Notes: generated by a model from the letters alone, not told the origin. DNA of 64,000 nt from an uncultured Acidobacteriota bacterium (GCA_963773005.1 CAVYZR010000008.1:3607-67606), one strand, 5' to 3'; shown: positions 1-10,409, counted from the stretch's first letter. A program made the numbers and translations.

Positions 1-380
1 TCTGGCGATACCCGGCGCAGCTGGCGCTCTTCTTCTTCGGCCTCGTCAACGCCGGTGTGCCGTTGCGAACATTGGAGCAAGGAACCTGGGCGCTGCCGAT
101 CGCGGTGCTGGTGGGTAAGCCCGCAGGCATCCTGCTCGGCGCCGGCGTTGCGGTGCTCGCCGGGTTTCGCCTGCCCCATCACGTGAGCTGGCGCGACCTG
201 ATCGTGATCGGATGCGGCGCGGCGATCGGCTTCAGCGTCGGGCTGTTCTTTTGCGCGGCGTTGATCCCGCCTGGACAGATTCGCTCGGAAATCAGCATGG
301 GCGTCCTGATGACCCTGGCCGGGCTGCCGCTGGCCCTCATCGTCGCCAGGCTGCTTGGCGTCGGACGGTTCGCGCGCTGA
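1..380 (+). CDS. nhaA: Na+/H+ antiporter NhaA, C-terminal part (5' end lies outside the window)
   Basis: The frame is open from base 3. FFFGLVNAGV, GKPAGILLG and AAIGFSVGLFF match the E. coli NhaA segments LFAFANAGV, GKPLGI and GIGFTMSIFIA. Confidence 0.8.
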   Translation, partial: WRYPAQLALFFFGLVNAGVPLRTLEQGTWALPIAVLVGKPAGILLGAGVAVLAGFRLPHHVSWRDLIVIGCGAAIGFSVGLFFCAALIPPGQIRSEISMGVLMTLAGLPLALIVARLLGVGRFAR

Positions 381-432
381 CGCGCCGGCGAGGGCGGTCA
401 TCTCCTGGCTCGCTACTCGCTGTCGGCAGACA

Positions 433-741
433 CTACTTCTTCCGTTGTTTCAGCTGTTGCTGGGTCTGTTCCCACATGGTCTTCACGACATCGCCTCGCC
501 TGCCCAGATTCCCGGCGATCTTCGCGAGATTGTCGATGTCCACCCGGGTGAGATCCCCGAACCGTACTCCGCTCGGCGCGTTCGGATCCAGCGTTGTGGG
601 GGTGAGGACGTCTGCCGCCGAGCCCGCTTGGCCACGTCGATCGAGTTCGTCGACGAAGAGATCCCAAATCTCCTCTCGATCCGGAGGGCGCTGGTGCCTC
701 GGGGGAGTAGGGCGCGGAGTTCGAGGAGTGTCGTCGCTCAT
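433..741 (-). CDS. hypothetical protein (about 102 aa) directly downstream of the P450 gene
   Basis: The ATG at 741 lies 14 nt after the P450 stop. The longer track ORF (to 885) would overlap the P450 3' end. No recognisable motif. Confidence 0.4.
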   Translation of the reverse strand: MSDDTPRTPRPTPPRHQRPPDREEIWDLFVDELDRRGQAGSAADVLTPTTLDPNAPSGVRFGDLTRVDIDNLAKIAGNLGRRGDVVKTMWEQTQQQLKQRKK

Positions 742-755
742 AATGGCTTCGCCCA

Positions 756-2198
756 CTAAGGGTGGTCTGCCCCAAATGATGACACGGCTGGGCGTAACGA
801 TCCTGATCCGGCGATGGGCCACGGCGCCCGCCGTTCGATCATCATCGGCATCCCGAACCGCGGACGAAGCGTAATGAGCGCCCAAGGTTCAACCGTGCGT
901 CCCGGCACGAGGTGAAGCCGATAGCCTTGCACCAGCGTCGCCACAATCAGTTGCGCTTCGATGAGAGCGAATTGATTGCCGATGCACTGTCGTGGCCCAG
1001 CGCCGAACGGCAGGTAGGCGAATTTCGGACGGTCCGCACTGCGTTCCGGCAGGAAGCGCTCGGGATCGAAGGCATCGGGATCCTGCCAGTAAGCGGGAAG
1101 CCGATGCAGGACATAGGGGATGACGAACGCGAGCCATCCGCGCGGCAGATGGAACCCGCCGAGCTCGTCGTCGGAGAGCGCCTGTCGCGAGAAGCCCCAC
1201 GCCGGCGGATAGAGACGCATCGATTCGTCGATCACCATGCGCGTATACGGCAGATTGACCAGATCGGCGTACTCGGGCGGACGTCCCCCGAGCACAGTGT
1301 CGATCTCCTGCTCGAGTCGCCGTTGCGACGCGGCGTGCTGCGAGAGCAGATACCAGGTCCACGTCAGTGCCAACGACGTCGTCTCCTGACCCGCCAGCAG
1401 AAACGTCGTCACTTCAACCCGCAGCTGCTCGTCGGTCATGGCCTCCCCGGTTTCCTCGTCGCGCGCCGCCAGCAACATGGAAAGCAGATCGCCGTCGGCC
1501 GACGGGTTGCTCCGGCGTTGGCTGATGACGTGATCGACAGCACCCCGAAGCACGGCCCGCGCGGCCTGGAACTGTCGGTACTTCGCTGTTGGCAGCCAAT
1601 CGGTCAAGCCGAGCGACCAGAAGCTCTCGCCGACATGCTGATTGATGATGGTCCAGGCATGGTCGATCGTGGCCGAGAACGGACCGAGGTCGGCGCCGAG
1701 CAGGGCACGGAGCACGACGGTACGCGTGAGACGCATCATCTCTTCATCGACATCTGCCGGCTCCCCGCGCGATGCGATCGACTGCCACCTGGCCGCGGTA
1801 TCTTGGGCCGCCTCGGCCATGACCCTGGCGAGCCCCGCAACACGCTGGCGGTGAAAGGCGGGCTGCGCAATGCGCCGCTGACGCAGCCAGAACTCGTCTT
1901 CACTGGTCAACAGCCCATTGCCAAGTGCCATCCGCAGCTTGGAGTAGAGCGGGCTCTTGTGGTAATTGCGCGCGTTGTCCTGCAGGACGTGACGAACATC
2001 CGCGGGGTTGGTGATGAGGAAGCCGCGCCGCGAACCAATTTTGAGGTAGGCGACGTCGCCGAAGCGACGAGCGGCGCTCGTGAATACGGCTGTTGGATCG
2101 CGCCTGAGAGCCGGCAGTACCCCGAGGAGCGGAACCCCGCGCGGCCCCGGTGGAAGCGGACGTCCAGCTTGGGCGGCTTGTCCCATATCCCAGAGCAC
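756..2198 (-). CDS. cytochrome P450
   Basis: Heme-thiolate loop FGAGPRQCIGNQFA (FxxGxRxCxG), I-helix AGQETTS, and ExxR (ESMR). Confidence 0.95.
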   Translation of the reverse strand: MLWDMGQAAQAGRPLPPGPRGVPLLGVLPALRRDPTAVFTSAARRFGDVAYLKIGSRRGFLITNPADVRHVLQDNARNYHKSPLYSKLRMALGNGLLTSEDEFWLRQRRIAQPAFHRQRVAGLARVMAEAAQDTAARWQSIASRGEPADVDEEMMRLTRTVVLRALLGADLGPFSATIDHAWTIINQHVGESFWSLGLTDWLPTAKYRQFQAARAVLRGAVDHVISQRRSNPSADGDLLSMLLAARDEETGEAMTDEQLRVEVTTFLLAGQETTSLALTWTWYLLSQHAASQRRLEQEIDTVLGGRPPEYADLVNLPYTRMVIDESMRLYPPAWGFSRQALSDDELGGFHLPRGWLAFVIPYVLHRLPAYWQDPDAFDPERFLPERSADRPKFAYLPFGAGPRQCIGNQFALIEAQLIVATLVQGYRLHLVPGRTVEPWALITLRPRFGMPMMIERRAPWPIAGSGSLRPAVSSFGADHP

Positions 2199-2296
2199 TA
2201 TAGCCCTGACTCGACTCCCGGGAGTGGCTTACTCAGCGGCGCAGACTCTGAAGAGCTCATCTATTTCACTCGACCTACTATTAGTCAGGCGGAGCG

Positions 2297-2797
2297 GTGC
2301 GCGTAAAAGGTGCGTTCGCAAAACTCTGTGTGGCCATGAATCAGCAGCTGGTGCCAGTGCTGAACGCGGCGGGGTTCTCCTCGAGTGACACGCCCTTTCG
2401 GCGGGAGGAGGTGCGATACGAGTTTCGACGCCGGCGATTAGAGGAGGCTGAGGTGTTCGCCGTGCTCTTCAATCGCAAGCGCGAGGCGCTCTTCTCCGTG
2501 CAGCTGTACATCGAGCCGCGAGCGGGAGTCCCGGCATTCCTCGCTGCGGGCGGAACTCTCCACGTCGCAAGCCTCAGTGCCGCCAGGACCTGGTGGCCGA
2601 TTGGCGTGGCCCCATTCCGCGCCGCTCCGACGTTGGTCGACCGCCTCAGAGGGCATCGAGCGCTTGATGTAGCGCGCCCGATCCAGCGGTGTGCCGCGCT
2701 GCTACCGCATGCCGAGAACTGGTTCAGAGACCGCACTCGCTCGCGTTATATCGTGGACGGTCGGCTGGTGGTCTCTCGGCCGGTTCTCGGTGTCTAA
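2297..2797 (+). CDS. hypothetical protein
   Basis: 166-codon ORF (GTG start) divergent from the P450 gene. No confident family assignment. Confidence 0.4.
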   Translation: MRVKGAFAKLCVAMNQQLVPVLNAAGFSSSDTPFRREEVRYEFRRRRLEEAEVFAVLFNRKREALFSVQLYIEPRAGVPAFLAAGGTLHVASLSAARTWWPIGVAPFRAAPTLVDRLRGHRALDVARPIQRCAALLPHAENWFRDRTRSRYIVDGRLVVSRPVLGV

Positions 2798-2803
2798 AAC
2801 TAC

Positions 2804-3004
2804 ATGCCTTGGCTCATCCCGCTGTGCCTCTGCCTGGCCCTGGTCGCGATCGTCACCGGCGTATTCGTGGCAGCTGTGAGGAACGCCCGAGCACTGAGGC
2901 GGGACATGAGCGTGCGCTTTGATGCCGTTCAGGCCCAGCTCGAGAAGCAGGCCAATGCGATTGCCGACGAACTCGTCGCGCGAACGAAAGAGACAAAGGA
3001 ATAA
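2804..3004 (+). CDS. small single-pass membrane protein (hypothetical)
   Basis: 66 aa with an N-terminal hydrophobic helix (LIPLCLCLALVAIVTGVFVAAV) followed by a charged helix. It starts 7 nt after the previous stop. Confidence 0.35.
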   Translation: MPWLIPLCLCLALVAIVTGVFVAAVRNARALRRDMSVRFDAVQAQLEKQANAIADELVARTKETKE

Positions 3005-3025
3005 CGACTCGGATCATAATGCCGG

Positions 3026-3913
3026 ATGCCGCCCGCTGATGTTGCGCGCTGGACGACGACGCTGACGGCGTCGTATCTGGCGATCACGGCCGGGTTGATG
3101 GCGATCCTTGGAAATACCGTTCCAGGCCGCGGCTGGCTGGTCGCGGTGCACCTGACGCTCTCTGCGTCGTTGCTGATCCTGAACCGCGCGAGGCCGTCGG
3201 CGTGGATCCTTCGCGTGATTCGGGACTGGCTTCCCTTGGTGCTGTTTCCTTTCCTCTACAAGGAAGTGGAGGTGCTGGCGCCGGCGATTGGCGACTGGCG
3301 GTTGACCGCGACGATTCCGGCCTGGGAGTCGGCGCTGTTCGGCGGGCAACCGAGCGTGTACCTGAGCGAACGGCTGGCGTTCGTGCCGCTGTCCGAGTAC
3401 CTGCATTTCTGCTACCTGTCCTACGTGATCGTCATTCCATCGGTGGCCGCGTACTGGTACGTCAGCGGACGGCGGGCGGCCTTCGGCGAGCTGCTGCTGA
3501 TGCTCACGACCGTGCTGCTGGGGAGCTACCTGTTCTTCATCCTGCTGCCGGTCGACAGCCCGTACTACCTGTCGCAGCGCCTGGGCCCGCCGCTCTCCGG
3601 CCATTTCTTCTTCGATCTCGTTCATCAGATGTCGGCGCGCGGCGGCGCCCGCGGCGGCGCGTTTCCGAGCGCGCACGTGTCGGGTGCGGTCGTCGTGAGC
3701 CTGGTCGCGTGGCGGCACCAGCGTCGGCTGGCGTACGTGCTCATCCCAATCACCGTGAGTGTGATGATCGCCACGGTGTACGGGCGCTTCCACTACGTCC
3801 TCGACACGCTCGCCGGCGCGGCCCTCGCGTTCGCCGTCGTGGCGGGGTATCGATATCTGTTCGGCGATGGGCGCGTCAACCTTGGACGGACGAATGCCCC
3901 TGCTTCCGTATAA
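3026..3913 (+). CDS. PAP2-family (type 2 phosphatidic acid phosphatase-like) integral membrane protein
   Basis: Polytopic protein. PAP2 C2/C3 motifs FPSAHVSG and GRFHYVLDTLAG. Confidence 0.8.
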   Translation: MPPADVARWTTTLTASYLAITAGLMAILGNTVPGRGWLVAVHLTLSASLLILNRARPSAWILRVIRDWLPLVLFPFLYKEVEVLAPAIGDWRLTATIPAWESALFGGQPSVYLSERLAFVPLSEYLHFCYLSYVIVIPSVAAYWYVSGRRAAFGELLLMLTTVLLGSYLFFILLPVDSPYYLSQRLGPPLSGHFFFDLVHQMSARGGARGGAFPSAHVSGAVVVSLVAWRHQRRLAYVLIPITVSVMIATVYGRFHYVLDTLAGAALAFAVVAGYRYLFGDGRVNLGRTNAPASV

Positions 3914-3926
3914 GAGTTACGAGCTT

Positions 3927-4365
3927 GTGAGCGACAAAACACCCTCGGAGATCGAGGCGGCGGTCCTTCGGCTCCGGCGCCGCCACCCGTCCATTCGAGG
4001 GCGAGGTGGGGGCCCGCACGTTCGACGTTCAGCGAGCGATTAGCTACCGGAATTCATTCCTTCCCCAGGTTCGCGGGGAGATCTTCGCGGCCCCAGGCGG
4101 ATGCCGCATCGCCGTCAGGATGAGGCTCCGTCTGTTCATTCTCGTCTTCACGATTATCTGGATGAGCGGCGTTGGAGCTGCGTGTCTGCTGATTTTGATT
4201 TCAGAGTCTCAACAGGGCGGCTCGCCGTCTACGGCGTTGGGCCCGGCATTCATGTTCATCTTCGGTTGGTTCCTTGCGGCGGGTGGCTTCACCTACGAAG
4301 CGAGGATAGTTGAGCCTCTTCTCGCAAGCCTATGGTCGGCCCGTCACGCACGCGGGGGTGCTTAG
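3927..4365 (+). CDS. hypothetical 2-TM membrane protein, apparently interrupted by a +1 frameshift near 3990
   Basis: A GTG at 3927 opens the frame VSDKTPSEIEAAVLRLRRRHP. The sequence continues sensibly one frame over as PFEGEVGARTFDVQRAISYRNSF... (track ORF 4006..4365). Total length is 3n+1. Confidence 0.4.
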
Positions 4366-4394
4366 TGCTTGTCGGACTGCTGGCTTTCTACGAA

Positions 4395-5636
4395 TCAGCG
4401 AGCACCGCCAACGGGAGCAGTTGCGGACCGCGCCTCCTCGAGACGCGAGCGAACCAGCACGGCGACCTCGTCGATGCGGATGCTCTTCAGGCACACGTTG
4501 TCGTTGCAGGGCGACCGCCGCTGATTGAGCGGACCGATGCACGGGCTGCAGGAGTAGCCGGTGTGGATCACGTCCGCGTTGGTCGTGAGCGGCCGATAGC
4601 GCTCGGGGATCTCCGGCCCGAAGAAAACGACTTCGCGAATGCGTGTCAGCGCCGCGAAGTGAGCCGGTCCCGAATCGTTCGTGACCAGCACCTGCGCGAG
4701 ATCGTAGAGATGCAGCAGCTCGGTCATCGTGGTCTGGCCGGTGAGGTCCAGCGCGCGTGGCGAGCCCAGCTGCGCGCACATGGATTGCGCGTCTGGCTTC
4801 TCGCTGGCCACACCCGTGATCAGCACGAAGACCTCGGGATCCTCCAGAAGCTGACGAGCGAGCTCGGTGAACGACTCGAGCGGCCAGCGGCGCATGGGAA
4901 ACTTGTCGCTGGCATTGGGATTGAGGACGACGAGCTTGCGGGTCGGTCCGATGTCGGCATGGATCGCGCGGAGTTTTCGCCAGATGTCGGCAGCCGCGTT
5001 CGCGTCGGTCGAAATCTTCGGAACGTCGAGACAGTCCATGGTCGTCGACCGTTTCACGCGCGGCACCTGGCCCGGCGGCGCGTCGAGCGCGTGCACGAGA
5101 TCGAGGAACGTGTGCGCGGCATGGACGTGCGAGTTGTGCAACACCTTGTGTGTCAGCAGGTCGCCGCAGTACAGCCCTTCCTGGTTGAACCGGTGGAAAC
5201 CAACGCGCCGCCACGCGCCAGACAGGTAGCTCAGCAGGCTGCTGTACCTGACAAAGGCTTCCATGTTGATCACGGTGTCGATGCGGCGACGGTGGGCCCG
5301 CCACAGAAACCGCAGCGTGTCGCGCGCGAGTGACAGGCCGGAATGCGCGTCCAGGGTGATGATGTTCTCGGATGGGATGATCTCGAGGATCTCCACGCTC
5401 GAGCGGATCTGCTTGAAGCACAGAAAGTGCAGTGTCGCGTCCGGATAGAGCTCGCGCGCCTTCCTGAGCGCGGGATAGGCCACGACCATCGTCCCCATCT
5501 CGGCGAGCTGAATGAACAGGATGTTGCGCGGCGTGCCGGCCGGAGAAGTGGCCAGCCCGATCGCGCGCTGGACGCGGGAGACGATGGTGAGGAGAAACGT
5601 GAGCGGGATCCCGACCCAGTAGTCGATGGCCCGCAT
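4395..5636 (-). CDS. glycosyltransferase family 9 (heptosyltransferase-like)
   Basis: GT9 C-terminal signature VTNDSGPAHFAA and typical GT9 length. Start is the ATG at 5636 or the GTG at 5660. The N-terminal half of the 736-aa track ORF is an out-of-frame shadow over the upstream gene. Confidence 0.85.
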   Translation of the reverse strand: MRAIDYWVGIPLTFLLTIVSRVQRAIGLATSPAGTPRNILFIQLAEMGTMVVAYPALRKARELYPDATLHFLCFKQIRSSVEILEIIPSENIITLDAHSGLSLARDTLRFLWRAHRRRIDTVINMEAFVRYSSLLSYLSGAWRRVGFHRFNQEGLYCGDLLTHKVLHNSHVHAAHTFLDLVHALDAPPGQVPRVKRSTTMDCLDVPKISTDANAAADIWRKLRAIHADIGPTRKLVVLNPNASDKFPMRRWPLESFTELARQLLEDPEVFVLITGVASEKPDAQSMCAQLGSPRALDLTGQTTMTELLHLYDLAQVLVTNDSGPAHFAALTRIREVVFFGPEIPERYRPLTTNADVIHTGYSCSPCIGPLNQRRSPCNDNVCLKSIRIDEVAVLVRSRLEEARSATAPVGGAR

Positions 5637-5665
5637 CAGGTCCGCATTCAAGTCAGTCACCGCGA

Positions 5666-6946
5666 CTATGCCGCCAGAGAACCTGGTCGGGGCTCCGACA
5701 GCAGCAGCCTGACGGTGCGCAGCGGATGCCGCGCGTCGTCGCGAACCGTGGCCCAGCCGATTCTCCGCAGATAGTACGCCAGGAATGCGAAGAGCAGAAC
5801 GGTCGTGATGTAGAGCACCGACCCGAGCCGGAACACATCCGGAGCCGCGGCGTAGAGGGCGAGGCCGATCGCTGCCGCAATATTGCGCGGACCCCGCTTG
5901 TCCGGCACCAGGAGCACGATCAGCAGGTGCCGGGCGACTCGCATCTTGATGCCGACAAACATCGCGAACGGAACGAGCGACCACCCGATCCGATCCTCCA
6001 TGTCGAACCCGAGTCGCATCTCGACGTACCAGAGCACAATCGTGAAAGGCACGACCAGCGCGACCGCCGCGATGGTGTCGTAGATGTTGCCTTTGACCTG
6101 CTCGTGGAACCTGAAGATGGTCAGGTAGTTGTCCCAGATGAAGTAGGGGAGGACGAAACCGGCGAAGAGGATCGCGGCAAAGATCATCGCGGTGCGACGC
6201 CGCATGGTCAGGATCTGCCACGCGTAGGCCGCCGGCGAGAGCTTCATCGTGATGGCGAGCGCCATCAGGAGGTGACTGGCGTCGCGCGTCGAGCGGGCCC
6301 GGCGGGCCCCGCGGACCCCGTGGGCAATGACGAGCGCGATCATGACCACGACGAGCATGGCGAGATAGGTGTCGTCCTGCACGTAGACGAACCGGTAGCC
6401 GAAGTACGCGAAGTTCAGGTACAAGAGGGGAAAGAGGTACCACCGCGTGTTCAGGAAATACCAGAGGGACATCGCGACAAAGAGCGCCGCGAGCAGCAGG
6501 ACCATGCCGTAGAACCCGATCCCGATCGCCGTCCCCACGGCATACAGCCCCGCCGCCACGAGCAAGGCCGCCGGCGGATAGGGAGCTGACGCCTCCCGGG
6601 TCCACGTCGCCTTCTCGAGCGGTGTCTGTTCAAGGCGCGCCTTGGTGTACATGTCGAGCGGATCGTTCAACACGACCTTGGCGACATACGAATTGCCGAT
6701 CGTGTCCGTGCCGTAAGTATCGTACTGGTGAACGCCGCTGAGCAGCGGGTAGCGGGCGTAGTCGACGTACGGCTTTGGGACGTTCGGAATCGCCACGGTG
6801 ATCATGTGCAGGACCGTCGCGGCGATCACCGCGTACTGAACCGGTCGGTTCACCCGTAACAGAAACCTGTCGACCGCCGCCACCGCTTCGAAAAAGGTCA
6901 CGTGCCTCCTCGGTCCGGCCGAGCCGTCTAGAGTAGCAGAGCACAC
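5666..6946 (-). CDS. polytopic membrane protein, possible GT-C-type glycosyltransferase (function inferred only from its GT9 neighbour)
   Basis: About 10 hydrophobic helices. The stop lies 5 nt before the alternative GT9 GTG start at 5660 (29 nt before the ATG at 5636). The start may be an internal GTG near 6898. Confidence 0.6.
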   Translation of the reverse strand: MCSATLDGSAGPRRHVTFFEAVAAVDRFLLRVNRPVQYAVIAATVLHMITVAIPNVPKPYVDYARYPLLSGVHQYDTYGTDTIGNSYVAKVVLNDPLDMYTKARLEQTPLEKATWTREASAPYPPAALLVAAGLYAVGTAIGIGFYGMVLLLAALFVAMSLWYFLNTRWYLFPLLYLNFAYFGYRFVYVQDDTYLAMLVVVMIALVIAHGVRGARRARSTRDASHLLMALAITMKLSPAAYAWQILTMRRRTAMIFAAILFAGFVLPYFIWDNYLTIFRFHEQVKGNIYDTIAAVALVVPFTIVLWYVEMRLGFDMEDRIGWSLVPFAMFVGIKMRVARHLLIVLLVPDKRGPRNIAAAIGLALYAAAPDVFRLGSVLYITTVLLFAFLAYYLRRIGWATVRDDARHPLRTVRLLLSEPRPGSLAA

Positions 6947-7138
6947 GCGGAGCCGAGGCGCACATGCTGGGCAGACCCGCCAGAGCGACCTTGGTCTCTA
7001 TCGGATGGACGCGTCATGAGGCGGGGCACGGATCGATAGCAGGCGCGCGGAAGAACTGCAGGCGTCGACGAGCCGCCGGGTCTCCAGGCTGTCAATCCGA
7101 CGCGAACCGGGGTGCGGAGGGCGCCCCGGTCCGGCCAG

Positions 7139-7756
7139 TCACGCGGTGCGCTCGTCTGCGCTGTGTACGGGCGTTCGGTGCAGAACCAGCTGGATCAAGT
7201 CACGGCTGGACGGCATGTTGTAGCGCCGCCCTAACACGGTGAACAGCGGCGTGACCGCCGGCCACCCGAGCGCCGGAACCCGAGTCGAGCAGGCCGCGAC
7301 TATTGGGTAGTAGGTCAACGCGATCGCGCCGCAAACCGTCCAGAACTCCGACTTTGTGACAAGCGCAAGCAGCCATCCCAAAACCACGATGGCACAGGCC
7401 TCGAACGCGGCGACCAACAGCCGCCGCCCTGCACTGTTCAGCGCCGGCTTTTGATCCTCGGCGAGCGTCATTCGGAGCTCATTCGAGGAGTCTGCCCTGA
7501 GTGTCCCCTCCTCGGGAAAGCGTTCGTTGAATTCTGTGACTACCTCTTCGGCCGGCAACCCGCTCGCCGCGGCGTATTCACGAATGAACGCCCGCCGATA
7601 AATCCCTCGTGGCCATTTCGACACGTCGTCCCGCTCGAGATCCGCGAGCAGCGACCGGCTGATCTTGGTGGAGGCAGCGATTGCCTCCAGCGAAATTCCG
7701 TGGCTTTCCCGACCCAACCGTAGACGCCGCCCAAAGCTCTGTGAGTCCGTGTTCAT
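7139..7756 (-). CDS. helix-turn-helix (RodZ/XRE-like) protein with a C-terminal membrane domain
   Basis: SFGRRLRLGRESHGISLEAIAASTKISRSLLADLE is an HTH. GGAG lies 6 nt upstream of the ATG at 7756. There are C-terminal TM helices. The track ORF extends to 7906. Confidence 0.7.
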   Translation of the reverse strand: MNTDSQSFGRRLRLGRESHGISLEAIAASTKISRSLLADLERDDVSKWPRGIYRRAFIREYAAASGLPAEEVVTEFNERFPEEGTLRADSSNELRMTLAEDQKPALNSAGRRLLVAAFEACAIVVLGWLLALVTKSEFWTVCGAIALTYYPIVAACSTRVPALGWPAVTPLFTVLGRRYNMPSSRDLIQLVLHRTPVHSADERTA

Positions 7757-8032
7757 AAGTTCTCCGTACCGATGCACCGCCAGCCACCGCTGGCTGACCC
7801 TGCCAAGACCTTCCGAACGATTCGTGTATAGTCCCCAAAACCCTCGCGCCATCGCTATGCCGATCGCCAGCGCGACAACTGCCGCAAGCCCTTCTGTTAT
7901 CAGCATAGGATTCCTTCTCGGAGGAACTGAAGATACGCCCGCCGCGGACGAACAGCAACTGATTTCACGAAGGTGCGAACCGCGCCGGAAATCGAACTGT
8001 CGAACTCGATCGATCCGGGCGAGGCGACGCGT

Positions 8033-8992
8033 ATGAAAGCCGCCGTCCGTTCAGGATACGGATCACCGTCAATTCTACGCGTGGAGGACGTCGAACGTCC
8101 CACTCCCGCGAACGACGAAGTGCTCGTTCGGGTGTACGCGACAACGGTCAGCAGAACTGACTGCCATGTTCTCTCGGGCCGGCCATTCATGATGCGCCTG
8201 TTTACGGGTATGCTCAAACCGCGCGTGGCGGTGACGGGATCGGACTTCGCCGGGAAAATTGAAGCCGTCGGGAAACACGTGCAATCGCTCAAAGTGGGAG
8301 ACAGGGTCATGGGATTCGGCGGTGTCTTCGGGAGCGGGTCCCATGCCCACTACCTTGCCTTCCCCGAATCCAAGGCGATCGCAATCATTCCAGACAACCT
8401 GACGTATGAGGAGGCAGCAGCCTGCGTGGAGGGAGCTGTTTACGCGTTCAATGGCGTGAGTGCCGTCAACCCCAGGCGCGGCCACACAGCTCTCGTGAAT
8501 GGCGCGACTGGTGCCATCGGCTCATCGATGGTTCAACTTCTGAAATACCAGGGCGTCTCCGTGACCGCCGTCTGCCGTGGCGAGCACGGCGCGCTGGTGC
8601 GGTCCCTGGGCGCTGAAAGAGTGATTGACTACAGAACCGAGGACTTTACGAAGGGCAGCGGAACGTACGATCTCATTCTCGATGCCGTGGGCACGAGCAC
8701 ATTTGGAAAGTGCAAACCGATCCTGAACGACACCGGCGTCTATACCTCATCAGGAGGGTTGCAAAACCTGTTGCTGGCGCTGACGACACCGTTACTGGGC
8801 GGAAAGAAGGTTGCGTTCCCCCCACCCAGGGATATCAGGGCGAGCCTGGGTTTCGTCAGAGATCTGGCCGAACGAGGCAGCTTCACGGCGGTGATCGATA
8901 GAAGGTATCCGCTGGAAAAGATTGCCGAAGCTTTCGAATACGTGGCCACGGGCAACAAGGTTGGCAATGTCATCATCACCCTGGACAGTTGA
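8033..8992 (+). CDS. zinc-type alcohol dehydrogenase / quinone oxidoreductase family (MDR)
   Basis: MKAAVRSGYGSP start preceded by GAGG. Rossmann motif GATGAIG. MDR-like layout throughout. Confidence 0.9.
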   Translation: MKAAVRSGYGSPSILRVEDVERPTPANDEVLVRVYATTVSRTDCHVLSGRPFMMRLFTGMLKPRVAVTGSDFAGKIEAVGKHVQSLKVGDRVMGFGGVFGSGSHAHYLAFPESKAIAIIPDNLTYEEAAACVEGAVYAFNGVSAVNPRRGHTALVNGATGAIGSSMVQLLKYQGVSVTAVCRGEHGALVRSLGAERVIDYRTEDFTKGSGTYDLILDAVGTSTFGKCKPILNDTGVYTSSGGLQNLLLALTTPLLGGKKVAFPPPRDIRASLGFVRDLAERGSFTAVIDRRYPLEKIAEAFEYVATGNKVGNVIITLDS

Positions 8993-9072
8993 GCAAGCGC
9001 GGCGTGGATTACGCTCAGCGTGGGGACTAGGGACGCCATTTGCTTCCGGGATCTGCCGATATACATCGTGGC

Positions 9073-9405
9073 ATGCCGAAGAGGCGGAAGCGATCGAGCC
9101 GAAGACCGACGCCAGTTGCGTATGCGGTTTACATCGTCGAGCTCGACCGCAGGTGCGTCAGAGTACCGTGCGCCTTTGCCCCGCTGTATGTGGGGCAGAC
9201 GGCCCACTCGCCGGAAGAACGGTTCGAGCAGCACAAGGCCGGCGGCAGGCTCGCGGCAGCAAAGCCGCATCGCTTCGGTGTTCGGCTGCGTTACGACCTG
9301 ATGAAGGGGATTGGTCCGTTCAAGACGCGCACGGAGGCGGAAGCCGCCGAGATGGCGGTCGCCAGCGCGCTCGCGAAGCGAGGCCATCGCGTCTTCTGGG
9401 GCTGA
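9073..9405 (+). CDS. GIY-YIG-like nuclease-domain protein
   Basis: YAVYIVEL ... LYVGQTAHSPEERFEQH resembles the GIY ... YIG ... R ... H arrangement. The N-terminus is basic. Confidence 0.5.
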   Translation: MPKRRKRSSRRPTPVAYAVYIVELDRRCVRVPCAFAPLYVGQTAHSPEERFEQHKAGGRLAAAKPHRFGVRLRYDLMKGIGPFKTRTEAEAAEMAVASALAKRGHRVFWG

Positions 9406-9489
9406 GCGCGATCGCGTTCGGATTCGGCGTCGTGAGGGTTTGAGCGACGCTCGATGGCGCGGAGTTATAGTGATGGCGTCTTTGGCCTG

Positions 9490-10245
9490 ATGCCCCGTCT
9501 GACCGACAAGCACGAGATTCGCGCCCTCCTCCGCCGCGACCCCGCCTGGAGCGTGTATGCGCTCGGCGATCTCGCGCCGCCGATGTTCCCGAAGACCCTG
9601 TGGTTCGCGCCGGACCTCACGCTCGTGGTGCAGGACTACGGTTCAGCGATCCTGTTCGCGATGGGCCCGGGCAGCGTCCACGAAGCCCTGGCCAGCGTGA
9701 CCGGGCCCGTGCATCTGCAGGTGCAGCGCGACGTGTTGGATGAAGTGGCGCGTCACGCGGCAGTGTCGTCACCGCGTCTGATGTGGCGGATGCTGTGGCC
9801 CGGCGATCGCCTCGCGTCGCCGGGCCGAGTCACCAACCGGCTGGGCGCGGGCGACGTTGGCGCGCTCCAGGACCTGTATACCGACGGCGAATCCTCGGGC
9901 GAGTCGCCCGATTTTTTCTTTCCCTCGATGGTCGCCGACGGCGTGTTCCATGGGATCTATGAAGGCACGGCGCTTGTGGCGGCCGCCGGCACGCACCTGC
10001 TGGCGCGGGAGGAAGGCGCCGCGGCGATTGGCAATGTCTACACCCGGCGCGACCGCCGCGGGCGGGGCCTCGGGCGCCTGGTGACGAACGCGGTGCTTGG
10101 CGAGCTCTCCGGCGTCGAGACGATCGGCCTCAACGTCCGCGCCGACAATGTCGCGGCGCTGCATCTCTACGAGTCGCTCGGCTTCGCGCGTCACTGCCAG
10201 TTTTACGAGGCGCTGGCGATGCCCCCAGAATCTCCTGGTTCTTAA
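9490..10245 (+). CDS. GNAT family N-acetyltransferase
   Basis: Acetyl-CoA loop RRGRGLGRLV and the C-terminal element LHLYESLGF. Confidence 0.8.
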   Translation: MPRLTDKHEIRALLRRDPAWSVYALGDLAPPMFPKTLWFAPDLTLVVQDYGSAILFAMGPGSVHEALASVTGPVHLQVQRDVLDEVARHAAVSSPRLMWRMLWPGDRLASPGRVTNRLGAGDVGALQDLYTDGESSGESPDFFFPSMVADGVFHGIYEGTALVAAAGTHLLAREEGAAAIGNVYTRRDRRGRGLGRLVTNAVLGELSGVETIGLNVRADNVAALHLYESLGFARHCQFYEALAMPPESPGS

Positions 10246-10409
10246 GCGCTCACAGTTCACCCTAGCAAATGCTCGAGGCGCGCACCGCGTTGAGCTCTGC
10301 CGCGCACGAGGTCTTCCGAGCACAACCGATTCTGTAATCGCAGAGACACTTTTCGGGCATCGTCATTGCAATCGGTGCGCGATTACAGCGATTTTGTAGG
10401 GTACTTAGC

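Noticed and set aside
912-2306. Very long ORFs antisense to, or out of frame with, real genes (for example 912..2306 +, 18699..20279 +, 33672..35600 -, 39844..41085 +, 46398..47729 +).
   Set aside because: They are Arg/Pro/Ala/Gly-rich with no motifs, and they lie exactly opposite well-supported genes. These are the typical shadow ORFs of GC-rich DNA.
4395-6605. The 736-aa ORF read as a single large glycosyltransferase.
   Set aside because: Only the C-terminal roughly 413 aa look like GT9. The N-terminal half is low-complexity and overlaps the genuine membrane-protein gene 5666..6946 in another frame.
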